Shown: positions 1-10,055 of the stretch, piece by piece
Layout of the letters: every line of letters begins with the position of its first letter
Position numbering within the stretch: the stretch's first letter is position 1
Source: Candidatus Latescibacterota bacterium
GTDB taxonomy: Bacteria > Latescibacterota > UBA2968 > GCA-2709665
Length of the DNA: 64,000 nt
Direction: 5' to 3'
NCBI GenBank assembly: GCA_965219455.1
Contig: OZ244744.1
Coordinates: 5,248,001 to 5,312,000 of the forward strand
Translations under genes and position numbers: made by a program
The notes under the pieces: model-generated
The model's database searches: none
What the model saw: only the letters and a program-made list of their open reading frames with translations
Told to the model about the DNA's origin: nothing

Positions 1-333
1 ACTTTGGTAGATCAGGCCACGGGCGCCGGACTGGTGGAGTGTATAGTGGATTTCCTGGCTACGGTACCAGAAATTGACCGGAACTACAATGGCGCCCAGT
101 TTGGCCAGCGCGAAGTAGATGGCAATGTAGATGTCGGAATTTCGACTCAGAACGCCGATTCGGTCGCCCTTCCGGACGCCCAGATCCAGAAGGCCGTTGG
201 CAACGCGGTTGGTCTGGGCGTTCAACTCGGCATAGGTGAGTGTACGGTTGCCGAAGATTGTCGCGGTTTTATGTCCAAGGCCCGGATCCCGCGCGTTTTT
301 TTGAAGAATTTTTCCCAATAACATCCCGTCCAT
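1..333 (-). CDS. AMP-binding enzyme / long-chain acyl-CoA ligase family, N-terminal part (runs off the window start)
   Basis: Manual translation of the minus strand, not in the ORF track: MDGMLLGKILQKNAR...RTLTYAELNAQTNRVANGLLDLGVRKGDRIGVLSRNS...YFALAKLGAIVVPVN, a typical adenylate-forming enzyme N-terminus. Confidence 0.85.
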   Translation of the reverse strand, partial: MDGMLLGKILQKNARDPGLGHKTATIFGNRTLTYAELNAQTNRVANGLLDLGVRKGDRIGVLSRNSDIYIAIYFALAKLGAIVVPVNFWYRSQEIHYTLHQSGARGLIYQS

Positions 334-421
334 CGTCTGTCTGTCCCCAGAAAATCACGAGGGGCGCGATGACTCTGTACGCGCCCCTGCGGTGTTTACA
401 TGGTCCTGCCAAGTAGTGAAT

Positions 422-982
422 TTACTTCGGAAGTACCCCCAGTTGGTCCGCAAATCGCCGCCACGTGTCCATGGTGCCGTCTTTGAAGGTGACGCTGAAG
501 ACCACACTATCGATCGCTGCAATGCTGATGTCTTCGTACATCTGGGTTGCGCCGTCGGCACTTTGAAGGGTAACGTGGTTACCGTTTACGACCATGTCGC
601 CGGTTGTGGTTTTGTCGGGCGCGTTATAAATTTCTTGAGGTGAGGTACTGTAGCCGCCGCCGATGTCCAGATATTCGCCCAGGGTGTAAGATTGCGATTC
701 GACGGCTTCCGACTGAAAGCTGTACGTGTATCCTGAAACCTGGATTTGATCCTGGCCCAGAGAGATCGAGGCCGTAATATGAGCCGTGGTCGTGCCCGTG
801 GGGTACCACTCGTAATGACCACTTACTGCAGGCGGTTGCAGAATTTCTCCGTCTGGCATCTGTCGACGTTCCAAACGCCATTTGCCACGAAATCCGAACT
901 GGTATTGTGTTTCGTCGGCGCAACCTGTGATCAGCGTAACCGTCAATCCGACGAGCAGTGCGCGGGTCAGGGTTTTGAACAT
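422..982 (-). CDS. putative lipoprotein, lipocalin-like beta-barrel
   Basis: GAGGAGG SD before ATG; signal peptide with lipobox LITGC; GKWRL near the N-terminus and TWRR near the C-terminus, as in lipocalin-like domains. Confidence 0.65.
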   Translation of the reverse strand: MFKTLTRALLVGLTVTLITGCADETQYQFGFRGKWRLERRQMPDGEILQPPAVSGHYEWYPTGTTTAHITASISLGQDQIQVSGYTYSFQSEAVESQSYTLGEYLDIGGGYSTSPQEIYNAPDKTTTGDMVVNGNHVTLQSADGATQMYEDISIAAIDSVVFSVTFKDGTMDTWRRFADQLGVLPK

Positions 983-1103
983 CCAATATCCTCCTCGCCT
1001 TGTTCGAGAAAAGCTGTCCCCGTTCCAGTTTTGAAACGTCGTGCGGCACCGGATTCGCGAACGAATCGTAGGTCGCGCTGCCGAACTTCCACGGGTCAGC
1101 TTC

Positions 1104-2228
1104 TCAGGCGGGATTTTCGATGCAGAAACGATGTACCATTTTTGTGAAGACGTCCGAACCCTTGAGGAGTTGATCCCTGGCGATCCATTCGTCCACCGTG
1201 TGCGCCTGCTGTATATTGCCCGGCCCCATGACAACCAGTTCCATCGTCTTTCCGAATACCATGCCATCCGTTCCGTAGGCGACGGTTTTGGGTTTCCTTT
1301 TACCCGTGATCTGTAGCGCCTCACGCACAATCGGAGAATCCGTGTTCGTGTTAAGCGGACCGAGGGCTTTCGGCAGTTTAATCTGTACTCCATGCTTTTC
1401 GGCCAGGCGTACCACGCGATTAATGATGGGCTTCCAGTTCTGGTCTGGCATGGGACGACAGTTAATGACGGCCCGGCTAACGGGCGCCGTGACATTGGCG
1501 GCCGTATCGCCGTCGGAAAAAACAATATTCAGCGTTCCGTGGGGTGGATCGAACGCCTCGTTCCGATACCGGGGATCCGTGCGCAACGTGTCGTCCAGTC
1601 TGACAACATCGTTCAAAAACGGGATAAGTTTGTGATTCGCGTTCACACCCTTGCCGGTACTGCTGTGTGCTGCTCTGCCCCGTGCCATCGCTTCGAATTT
1701 GAGCGAGCCCTTGTGGGCATATACCACGTCGAGGAGCGTGGGTTCGCCGACGATACCGAATCGGACTTTGGACGATTTGAGCGTTTTAGATCTCAGGGCG
1801 ACGGCCCTGGCGCCGCCGCAGTCAGTTTCTTCGTCGGCGGTTACGATAACGTAGACAGGAACCTTGAGTTCTTTTTCGGTGAATGCATTCGCGGCTGCGA
1901 TCATACAGGCGACGGACCCCTTCATGTCGGCACTGCCCCGGCCGTACAGCCTGCCCTGTCTGGCCGAAAGCTTAAACGGATCCGAATCCCATCCTTCGGC
2001 CGGAACCACGTCTGAATGGGCGAGCAGGGCAACGCCCCCTTGCCCCCTGCCTTTTTTCCCGATAACGTTTGTTTTCGGCGTGCCCTCGTGGTCCTTGTAA
2101 TTGACGAATTCGACCGACATGCCCGCCTTGCACATCCATTTGGAAATAGCCTGGGATACCGGTGTATTACTGAATTGACTGGCCGAGTTGTAAGAAACCA
2201 GGTCGGCAGTGATTTCAACCACATCCAT
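1104..2228 (-). CDS. M20 metallopeptidase, acetylornithine deacetylase (ArgE-like)
   Basis: HSDVVP, GRGSADMKG, DEE, GEPT and QAHTVDEW motifs; GAGGAG SD before MDVVEIT. Confidence 0.85.
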   Translation of the reverse strand: MDVVEITADLVSYNSASQFSNTPVSQAISKWMCKAGMSVEFVNYKDHEGTPKTNVIGKKGRGQGGVALLAHSDVVPAEGWDSDPFKLSARQGRLYGRGSADMKGSVACMIAAANAFTEKELKVPVYVIVTADEETDCGGARAVALRSKTLKSSKVRFGIVGEPTLLDVVYAHKGSLKFEAMARGRAAHSSTGKGVNANHKLIPFLNDVVRLDDTLRTDPRYRNEAFDPPHGTLNIVFSDGDTAANVTAPVSRAVINCRPMPDQNWKPIINRVVRLAEKHGVQIKLPKALGPLNTNTDSPIVREALQITGKRKPKTVAYGTDGMVFGKTMELVVMGPGNIQQAHTVDEWIARDQLLKGSDVFTKMVHRFCIENPA

Positions 2229-2337
2229 GGGAAGCTCCTCTACATGACTCCGCCCGGGCACACGGGATACGGAAAAAACGGCACCGGACGTCGTTCCGGA
2301 TACGAACCCCTCTTTCTGTGGTCGGGCGTTGGCATGC

Positions 2338-3369
2338 CTATCCTGCCAATTCTTTGCGGACGATTTCGACGCCTTTAACCATATTCCGGAGTTTCTGGAA
2401 GGCCAGCCATCTGGGCAACTGAAAGAAACCGCAGTCCGGCGTGACGGTCAGTTTTTCCGGTGGGACGTGTTGAAGGGTCAGTCGCACCCGTTCTGCGACA
2501 TCGTCGGGCGTTTCAACGTAAAAGGATTTGATGTCGACCAGGCCGGCGGCGACCTCCTTCACCTTTGCGATTTCCCCGCAAAGTTCCAGTTCCACAAGTT
2601 CCCGGTTCGCGAATTCCAGGGAGATCTGTTCGGCGTCGGCGCGAAGGATGTCTTCCAGCATCCAGTCGTACCGGCGTTTTCCCCGAGGGCGGCTGCCCAG
2701 GTTTCCGAAACAGACGTGCAGGCCGATCCTGGCGTTAACACCTTTCACGGTTTCGTTGAACAGGTCAATCCAGCTACCGGCGTCTCCGGGTACAATGGAA
2801 AACGAGGGCTCGTCAAGCTGGATGAATTCCGCCCCTGCGGCTGCGAGTCGTTTGAGTTCACGGTTAACCACTCCAGCGAACTCGTAAGCGAGTTCGATTC
2901 GGTCTTTGTAAATGCGGTCGTCTTTCAACTGGATGTGTATGGTAAGCGTCAGCGGACCGGGGCAGGTCGCTTTCAATGGATGATCCGTGACCGACCTGGC
3001 GAATTGAAACTCCTCCACAATGCCCAGGCCATCGGGCACCTGGATCCGTTCTTCCGGCCACCATCGCGGGACGCTGTCGTAGCCGTAAACACCCGTTCGC
3101 CGGAGTGTCGGCCGGGACGCAAGTCCCTTGAAACGGCGGTAGAAGCTCTGTACGAAATACCAGCGCCGCATCTCGCCGTCCGAGATCAGATCCACGCCCG
3201 CTCTTCTCTGATCCAGCATCGCGAGATGCACGGCGTCGTCGAAGGTCTCGCGAATGTCAGTGGCACCGAATTCGCCCTGGTCGATCTGCTCCACGGCCGT
3301 CCAGAACCAACCTGGCAGTGCGTAGCTTCCGATCACACTTGTGGGTATTAGAGGTAATTCTCGACTCAT
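2338..3369 (-). CDS. cobalamin-independent methionine synthase II family (MetE C-terminal domain only)
   Basis: TSVIGSY, SDGEMRR, QLDEP, Zn ligands HVCFGN/E/PDCG; about 343 aa, no N-terminal MetE half. Confidence 0.85.
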   Translation of the reverse strand: MSRELPLIPTSVIGSYALPGWFWTAVEQIDQGEFGATDIRETFDDAVHLAMLDQRRAGVDLISDGEMRRWYFVQSFYRRFKGLASRPTLRRTGVYGYDSVPRWWPEERIQVPDGLGIVEEFQFARSVTDHPLKATCPGPLTLTIHIQLKDDRIYKDRIELAYEFAGVVNRELKRLAAAGAEFIQLDEPSFSIVPGDAGSWIDLFNETVKGVNARIGLHVCFGNLGSRPRGKRRYDWMLEDILRADAEQISLEFANRELVELELCGEIAKVKEVAAGLVDIKSFYVETPDDVAERVRLTLQHVPPEKLTVTPDCGFFQLPRWLAFQKLRNMVKGVEIVRKELAG

Positions 3370-3508
3370 GGCGCGTTTGGCGATGTGCTGTGCAACGTGA
3401 GACGCTGGCATGGAAGGTCATGCGGGAATCGTATAAGAAGCCATGATAGGCCTGTTTTGTCAAGCAGAAACGTGGCGGACGGGCCAGGATGGGTGAGGGA
3501 AACGGGCA

Positions 3509-3537
3509 TTGACTTGCGATCCCGCATAGACTATCTT
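3509..3537 (+). promoter_or_regulatory. sigma70-like promoter upstream of ggt
   Basis: TTGACT-N17-TATCTT. Confidence 0.45.
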
Positions 3538-3718
3538 CCGCATACCCAACGGCTGTCGAGGTACGGGATCCGACAGCCCGTCTCGAAATTGGAAGCCTTA
3601 CGGATTTTTCCGTAACGTCGCAAAAGCACAAGATCCAGTTCACGATGGAACGGCAGCGGTGTACCAGGCCCCTCGCTGATCCGGAACCCGAGGGACCTAT
3701 CGGTAAGGAATTCAATCA

Positions 3719-5347
3719 ATGGCTTTTGCTTCTGTCGGAACGGTGCATCGGTCCACGGTGACGGGCACCCGCGGAATGGTTGCAAGCGCACACCCGTTGG
3801 CAAGCCTCGCAGGGGTCCGCATGCTCCTTGAGCAGGGCAATGCATTCGACGCGGCGGTTGCTGTCGCGGCGGCGCTGAATGTGGTCGAGCCCTATATGTC
3901 GGGCATTGCCGGGGTAGGATATGCGCTCATATATTCCGCCGCGGAAAGCCGCGTGCGTGTTTTGGATTATTGCGGGCGTACGCCGCACGGTGCGACCTCG
4001 GAGGCGTTCCAGACGACCGACATGCAGGACGGCGGGGTGATGTCGTGTCTGGTACCCGGGGCCTGCGGAGGATGGCTGGAGCTTCTTGAAAGATACGGTA
4101 CGATGGACCGGGAAACCGTATTCGGCCCTGCAATCGAACTGGCGGAGAACGGGTTCTCGGCCACGGTGAAGAATTCCAGATTCATGCAGGATGCCGTGCC
4201 CAGAATGCGGCCTACTGGCGCCGAGGTGATTCTGAGCCGAGGGCGGGCGCCTCTGCCGGGGGAAATCCTGATCCAGAGAGATCTCGCCCGGACGTTTCGA
4301 AGGGTCGTGGAAGGCGGCGCCGAGGCATTTTACCGGGGGGACCTGGGATCGGAAATCGCCGGATATGTACAGGCCGAAGGGGGGCTCCTTTCCGGAAGAG
4401 ACCTTGCGGATTTCAGGGTTGAATGGGAGGATGCCATTTCAACATCCTATCGGGGTTACCGCGTGTACTGCCCGCCGCTGCCAAGCGCCGGCTTTCACAT
4501 CCTGCAGGCGCTCAACATGCTCGAAGGATACGATCTGAAGGATATGGGGCACCATTCGGAGGAGGCGCTCCACCTGTTCATCGAAGTCCTGAAGCTGGGC
4601 AACACCGACCGGGTGGCCTATGCCGCCGCGCAGGACGCTCCTCTTGATGGATTGCTTTCAAAGGCATATGCGGAGGATCGCACGGGACTGATTGGCGAGC
4701 GTGCCGCGGTGAACCCGGGTGAATATTTCTCAGCGGCCGGGCTTCCGGGTGAGGTGCCGCCGGGACAGCCTGGCGCGTGGCTCAACGATTGTACGACGCA
4801 CTTCGACGTGGTCGATGCCGCTGGCAACGCCGTGGCCGTTACGCAGAGCCTCGGCTCCGGATTCGGATCGGGGGTGGTTCTCGGGAAGACCGGCATGTTC
4901 CTGAACAATTTCATCAAATGGGCGGACACCGTGCCAGGCAGCCCCAATTGCATCGAACCCCATAAGAAGATCGATATGTGTCTTTCGCCGTGCCAGATCT
5001 TTAAAGACGGTCGTCTTGTGGCGGCTCTTGGTACCCCGGGAAGTTGGGGTATTCAGCAGACGACGACCCAATTCACAACCAATTTCCTGGATTACGGGAT
5101 GAACATTCAAGCGGCAATCGAGGCTCCCAGATTCCGCTTTCAACATGCCGGCACCCGCGTATATATGGAGTCCCGCGTGCCTGAAAAGACCCGTTCCGGC
5201 CTGGTTCGCCGAGGGCATCAGATCGACGTTGTCGACGCATTTTCGCCCGTAACAGGTGGGGCACAGGGTATTGCCGTGGATCAGGAAGGCTGCGCGCTTA
5301 TGGGGGGTGCCGATCCAAGACGGGATGGCTATGCGATTGGAATCTGA
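3719..5347 (+). CDS. ggt: gamma-glutamyltransferase family
   Basis: GNAFDAAVA, VPG, CTTHFDVVD (Thr nucleophile), GTPG, GGADPRRDG. Confidence 0.9.
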   Translation: MAFASVGTVHRSTVTGTRGMVASAHPLASLAGVRMLLEQGNAFDAAVAVAAALNVVEPYMSGIAGVGYALIYSAAESRVRVLDYCGRTPHGATSEAFQTTDMQDGGVMSCLVPGACGGWLELLERYGTMDRETVFGPAIELAENGFSATVKNSRFMQDAVPRMRPTGAEVILSRGRAPLPGEILIQRDLARTFRRVVEGGAEAFYRGDLGSEIAGYVQAEGGLLSGRDLADFRVEWEDAISTSYRGYRVYCPPLPSAGFHILQALNMLEGYDLKDMGHHSEEALHLFIEVLKLGNTDRVAYAAAQDAPLDGLLSKAYAEDRTGLIGERAAVNPGEYFSAAGLPGEVPPGQPGAWLNDCTTHFDVVDAAGNAVAVTQSLGSGFGSGVVLGKTGMFLNNFIKWADTVPGSPNCIEPHKKIDMCLSPCQIFKDGRLVAALGTPGSWGIQQTTTQFTTNFLDYGMNIQAAIEAPRFRFQHAGTRVYMESRVPEKTRSGLVRRGHQIDVVDAFSPVTGGAQGIAVDQEGCALMGGADPRRDGYAIGI

Positions 5348-5418
5348 GACGTCCGGCCGTGCCCCGACGGGAGTGAAATTATAGGAGAGGGGGAACTGCC
5401 CGACTCCCGGCGCGTCAA

Positions 5419-5485
5419 AGAAGCTGTTTTAAAAGTCCTGGTGCGTTCCCGAGCGAAGACCACTAAGAGTTTTAAGACAGCTTCT
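5419..5485. repeat. short MITE-like element (family A, internally deleted copy)
   Basis: Terminal inverted repeats AGAAGCTGTTTTAAAAGTC / revcomp AGAAGCTGTCTTAAAACTC; related sequences at 53945-54140 and 57853-57886. Confidence 0.6.
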
Positions 5486-5505
5486 AAAGGACGAAAGCCT
5501 TTGGT

Positions 5506-6864
5506 ATGAGAGAATTTTCATCTGCGCACCGGAGGCGGGTGGCGGCCGAGCCCAAGGAACCGGATCCGGCGGAGGTTCGCCGGAACAGCCGGCTCCTGAT
5601 CTTGAACGGCGGCCTGGTCTTTATGTCGATGACACTGGCCAGTTCGGATATGCTGCTGCCGGCTTTCGTACAGTCCCTTACGTCTTCGAGCGTCGCCATC
5701 GGACTGGCCGGCGCGCTGATGCGGATCGGGTGGGCGTGGCCTCAGGTATTTATTTCCCGAATTATTGAAAACAGAAAACGCAAGATGCCCTTCCTGCTTC
5801 TGGCAGGCGGGATGCGCAGTTCCGTCTGGCTGGTGATCGCAGGGCTGACGTACCTTATGGGAGGTCGTCAGCCCTTTTATTTTTTGTGCTGTTTTATGGT
5901 CCTCTATGCGATTTCCACGTCGATGATGGGTATATGGAATGTCCCCTGGATGGATATTGTAGGAAAGGTGGTCCCGCACGGCGACCGGGCGCGTCTTTTT
6001 GCGGTACGCCGGTTGTGCGGCGGAGTCACCGCCATGGCCGCTGGCGGGGCGATTTCTTTCGTGCTCAGCGACCGAAGCGGAATTTCATTTCCATCGAACT
6101 ATGCAGTGCTTTTTGTGCTGGCGGGATTGGGCAATGGACTTTCGGTTTTCGTCTTTAGCAGGATTCGGGAGCCGGTCGGCCCCGTACGGTCCCTCCGACA
6201 ACCCCTGTCGACCTACCTGAGCAGCGGGCTGCGGCTTCTGAAGAACGATGCCAACTACAGGCGATTGTGTGGGATGCAACTTCTGTGGTCGTTTATAATG
6301 ATGGGATCGACTTTTTACGTGCCGTACGCGATCACGGACATGGGATTGGGACTGTTCTACGTCGGTGTTTTCGTTTCCGTGATGCAGGTGAGCACGGTGC
6401 TGTCGAACGTGTTGTGGGCCCATGTGGGGCATCGGAAAGGCAATCGGTCGTTGCTGGTCTGTGGTTCCTATCTGATGTCGGTAACCGTTGCCGTCCCGCT
6501 GCTGGCAAGGTATGTGCCGTCCGGGTCTATCGCGCCCCTTTCGGATTTGGGGATCGGGTGGGCATTCGACATGCAGGTTGTTTTTTATGCACTCACGTTT
6601 GTTTTTTCGGGTTTTGCCAGCAGCGCGATGTTCAACGGTCGAATGGGCTATGTGCTCGAACTCGCGCCGGAGAAACGCCGGCCCACGTATACCAGTTTCC
6701 TGAATATGTTTGCGCTGCCGCAGGGGATTCTACCGGTGTTTGCCGGTGTGCTGGTGGCCTGGATTTCCTATCGCCCGATGTTCTGGATCGCCATGTTTTT
6801 CGTACCATTTACGGTTTTCTTTGTGCACCGTCTTGACGACGTGGGGCACCGGCGATCCGGCTGA
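5506..6864 (+). CDS. MFS transporter
   Basis: 452 aa with about 12 hydrophobic segments and MFS-like loops (ELAPEKRRPTY). Confidence 0.8.
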   Translation: MREFSSAHRRRVAAEPKEPDPAEVRRNSRLLILNGGLVFMSMTLASSDMLLPAFVQSLTSSSVAIGLAGALMRIGWAWPQVFISRIIENRKRKMPFLLLAGGMRSSVWLVIAGLTYLMGGRQPFYFLCCFMVLYAISTSMMGIWNVPWMDIVGKVVPHGDRARLFAVRRLCGGVTAMAAGGAISFVLSDRSGISFPSNYAVLFVLAGLGNGLSVFVFSRIREPVGPVRSLRQPLSTYLSSGLRLLKNDANYRRLCGMQLLWSFIMMGSTFYVPYAITDMGLGLFYVGVFVSVMQVSTVLSNVLWAHVGHRKGNRSLLVCGSYLMSVTVAVPLLARYVPSGSIAPLSDLGIGWAFDMQVVFYALTFVFSGFASSAMFNGRMGYVLELAPEKRRPTYTSFLNMFALPQGILPVFAGVLVAWISYRPMFWIAMFFVPFTVFFVHRLDDVGHRRSG

Positions 6865-6888
6865 AGGGAGCAGGCCGGCAATGAGCAC

Positions 6889-8262
6889 TTACCGTGCTAG
6901 AATCCCGGCAAGTTCTTCGGCAGGATAGGTGATGATTTCGGCGAGAGTTGGATGGTAGTGTGGGATCTGGAGAAGGTCGAAGACGGTGCCCCGGTAGTAA
7001 ATTACCGCGGCGAGTTCGTGGATGAGTTCGGAGGCGTCGGGGCCCGTTATATGACCGGCAATGAGTTCGCCGCTTCCGGGGCGGCAGAGGATCTTGACAG
7101 CGCCATGCGTTTCTCCCATCACCATCGATTTACCGTGATCGCTGAACGGATATTCGGCCGAAAGATATACAATGCCCGCTGCCCGGCATTCTCTCTCGGT
7201 AGGGCCGACAGAGGCCACCTGCGGATCGGTGAAAACAACTGACGTACGCAGGCGATAGTCGATCGTCTTTTCTGGCTTTCCCGCCACGGCATTGTGGCCG
7301 GAGATCTCTCCCTGAAGCACGGCAATGTGTACGATTTCGTACGGACCCACACAGTCTCCGGCGGCGAAGATGTGTTCCGCGCTGGTCTGCATCGCGTCGT
7401 TAGCGACAATTCGTGCGTTTTCAAGTTCAACGCCGGCGCGTACCAGTGCCAGGTCGGCGAGGTCCGGCGTTCGGCCCATCGCGTTGAAGACGATGTCGGC
7501 CGAGGCCGTTCGCGGTTCGCCGCGGTGCAGAAAGTGTGCGGTGATGCGATTCTTTGTTCGGCTGAAGCGTTGGAGGCGTGTGTCCGTGTATACCCGCATC
7601 CCTTCTTCCCTGAAGCGGGTTTCCACGGGCAGGACCATGTCCGGGTCACATGCGCTGATCAGCTGGCGGTTTCTCTGTATCAGCGTGGTCCTGGCACCCA
7701 TCCGGCACAGAAATTGGCCCAGTTCGGTGGCAACGGCGCCTCCGCCCAGCACGATGACGGATCCGGGAAGTTCTCGAAGTTCCAGGATATCGTCGCTGGA
7801 GAGGTAGCCCGTTTCCTCAAGTCCGGGAACCGGGATTTGCTTGACAACGGAGCCCACGGCGATGACAAAACACCGTCCGGAGATCTTTTTTGTGCCAACG
7901 CACACGGAGTGTGGCGATTCGAACCGGGCCCGGCCCTTTATCAGTGTGAATCTCGGGCTGTTGAGCTGCTCGACCCTGTATTCTGCGAATTCGTCGACGA
8001 GCGCGCGTTTACGGTCGTTGATGGCGGCCAGGTCCGGGGATATGTCCCGGGCATTCAGACCGAACTCTCCGGCCCGTTTCATCAGCGACAACAGGTCCGA
8101 ACTGCGCAGCAGTGTCTTGGAGGGCATGCAGCCGCGCAAGATGCACAGACCGCCGAGTGGCCCTTTGTCGACAATGGCGACGTTTGCTCCGCTGTCTGCT
8201 GCGACACGGGCCGCGGCGTAACCCGCGCTGCCTCCTCCGATAACAACGACGTCGTAGGTCAT
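6889..8262 (-). CDS. pyridine nucleotide-disulfide oxidoreductase (dihydrolipoamide dehydrogenase-like)
   Basis: GGGSAG FAD motif, GGLCILRGCMPSK redox disulfide, C-terminal HPTLAE; no C-terminal CC pair, so not MerA. Confidence 0.85.
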   Translation of the reverse strand: MTYDVVVIGGGSAGYAAARVAADSGANVAIVDKGPLGGLCILRGCMPSKTLLRSSDLLSLMKRAGEFGLNARDISPDLAAINDRKRALVDEFAEYRVEQLNSPRFTLIKGRARFESPHSVCVGTKKISGRCFVIAVGSVVKQIPVPGLEETGYLSSDDILELRELPGSVIVLGGGAVATELGQFLCRMGARTTLIQRNRQLISACDPDMVLPVETRFREEGMRVYTDTRLQRFSRTKNRITAHFLHRGEPRTASADIVFNAMGRTPDLADLALVRAGVELENARIVANDAMQTSAEHIFAAGDCVGPYEIVHIAVLQGEISGHNAVAGKPEKTIDYRLRTSVVFTDPQVASVGPTERECRAAGIVYLSAEYPFSDHGKSMVMGETHGAVKILCRPGSGELIAGHITGPDASELIHELAAVIYYRGTVFDLLQIPHYHPTLAEIITYPAEELAGILAR

Positions 8263-8454
8263 GGTCTGGCCTGCAATGTGAAATGATACGCTTGAAGACC
8301 GGGGTAGGTCAGCGAATCTACCAATGGCGCCATCACCGGACAAGAGAAAAATGGGTCAGACGCGTCAATCTCCGCCCGTGCACGCCGCCCCTGACGCCGT
8401 GGGCGATTGTGTCCTCGCGACGTCGACGGGTCGCAGGCTGCTCTTCAGGTGGAC

Positions 8455-9864
8455 ATGGCGGGTCATCGTACGGGCCGAGGTGATGAGGTGTCCGTGATCT
8501 CACGGTGGCGGGAACAGGGTGGTTATAGGGACGTGTTGCGGGTGGCGGCGCCTCTCATTCTGAGCACGGGGTCATGGAGCCTGCAGATCTTCGTGGATCG
8601 GATATTCCTGAGTTGGTACGGGCGGGACGTACTTGCGGCGTGTCTGCCGGCCGGCATGTTGCACTTTACGTTCTCCAGCCTGTTTATTGGAACCGTTGCC
8701 TACGTGAATACATTCGTCGCCCAGTATTGGGGGGCGGACCGGCCTGATCGGGTAGGCCCCGCGGTCTGGCAGGGGATTTACCTCGGATTGGCCTCCGGCG
8801 TGTTGATTCTGTGTCTGATGCCGTTTTCCGAACATTTCTTTGAATGGGCCGGGCATGAGCCGCACATACGCGCGCTGGAGGCGGCGTATTTCAGGATCCT
8901 ATGCTTTATGGGGCCGGGGATCACAGGGGTGGCGGTATCCTCCTTTTTTAGCGGGCGAGGGGATACCCGGACGGTAATGTGGGTGAATTTCCTTGCGACC
9001 GGGCTGAATATCATCCTGGACTATGTGTGGATATTCGGCCATTGGGGGTTCCCGGAATGGGGGATTCGGGGCGCCGCCTGGGCGACGGTGGTTTCGCACC
9101 TCCTGATACCGGTCGTGTTCTTCGCCCTGATGATGCGCCCGAAGTACCGCGACGCGCTGCACACGTTGAGTGGATGGCGACCTGATGGAGCGTTGTTGAG
9201 GCGGCTTGTGCGTTTCGGGTTACCGAACGGCGTACAGTTCATGCTCGAGATTCTGGGCTTTTCGATGTTCATACTCCTGGTGGGGAAACTTGGGACGACG
9301 GCGTTGGCGGCCACGAGCGTGACGTTTAACGTCAATACACTTGCCTTCCTCCCGATGATGGGGCTGGGCATCGCGGTTTCCACACTTGTAGGGCAATACC
9401 TGGGTAAAGAAAGGGCGGATCTGGCTGAGCGCAGCACCTGGTCCGCGGTACACCTCAGCCTGGCGTATATGCTGGTGATGGCGGCGGGATATGTCTTCGT
9501 GCCGGGTCTCTTTTTGAGGCCTTATATTTCCGGCGCCGATCCGGAGGCTTTCGAACAGGTCTGGGACATGTCCGTCATTCTGTTACGGTTTGTTGCGTTT
9601 TATTGTGTGTTCGATGCGCTCTACATCGTTTTTTCGGCCGGCGTGAAGGGCGCCGGAGATACCCGTTTTGTCTTGCTCACGTCGGTTGCACTTGGCTGGC
9701 TGCTGATGGTTTTGCCGACCTACCTTTCGATAGTGACCTTCGGGTGGGGCCTTTACGTCGCCTGGATATTCATCAGCCTTTACCTCGTCGTGGGTGGATT
9801 GATCTTTATGTTCCGGTTCAGGGGTGGCAAGTGGAAGTCGATGCGTGTCATTGAAGGATCCTAG
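8455..9864 (+). CDS. MATE family efflux transporter
   Basis: VAQYWGA, GRGDTRT, GIRGAAWAT, GQYLG, GAGDTR repeats of MATE; start codon uncertain. Confidence 0.9.
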   Translation: MAGHRTGRGDEVSVISRWREQGGYRDVLRVAAPLILSTGSWSLQIFVDRIFLSWYGRDVLAACLPAGMLHFTFSSLFIGTVAYVNTFVAQYWGADRPDRVGPAVWQGIYLGLASGVLILCLMPFSEHFFEWAGHEPHIRALEAAYFRILCFMGPGITGVAVSSFFSGRGDTRTVMWVNFLATGLNIILDYVWIFGHWGFPEWGIRGAAWATVVSHLLIPVVFFALMMRPKYRDALHTLSGWRPDGALLRRLVRFGLPNGVQFMLEILGFSMFILLVGKLGTTALAATSVTFNVNTLAFLPMMGLGIAVSTLVGQYLGKERADLAERSTWSAVHLSLAYMLVMAAGYVFVPGLFLRPYISGADPEAFEQVWDMSVILLRFVAFYCVFDALYIVFSAGVKGAGDTRFVLLTSVALGWLLMVLPTYLSIVTFGWGLYVAWIFISLYLVVGGLIFMFRFRGGKWKSMRVIEGS

Positions 9865-10055
9865 GACACCCGGACAGTCGGCAGTCGACGAACGATAGTG
9901 AGAACAACGAGGTGCAGCAATCTCGCCCGATGAAGCATGGCGACGAAGTTTCCGTCGATGCCCACTGAACCCCGGCCGTCTCAGGGCGTCTGCAGAACGG
10001 GAGCACTTTCCAATTCGTCCGCGAGAAGGGCCTGACTGAAACCTGAGCGATCAAT

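Noticed and set aside
4-321. + strand 105-aa ORF
   Set aside because: Antisense shadow of the minus-strand AMP-binding enzyme
983-1525. N-terminal extension of ORF 422..1525
   Set aside because: Overlaps the M20 gene; the SD and signal peptide place the start at 982
2329-3351. Long antisense ORFs (also 7294..8286, 27340..28608, 36857..37834, 40133..41230, 48829..49866, 54778..55905)
   Set aside because: They lie opposite well-supported genes, carry no motifs and are expected in GC-rich DNA
6889-8262. Mercuric reductase call
   Set aside because: No C-terminal Cys-Cys pair, no HMA domain and no mer genes nearby
9865-10055. Possible gene remnant between the MATE and DUF2723 genes
   Set aside because: No convincing ORF or motif
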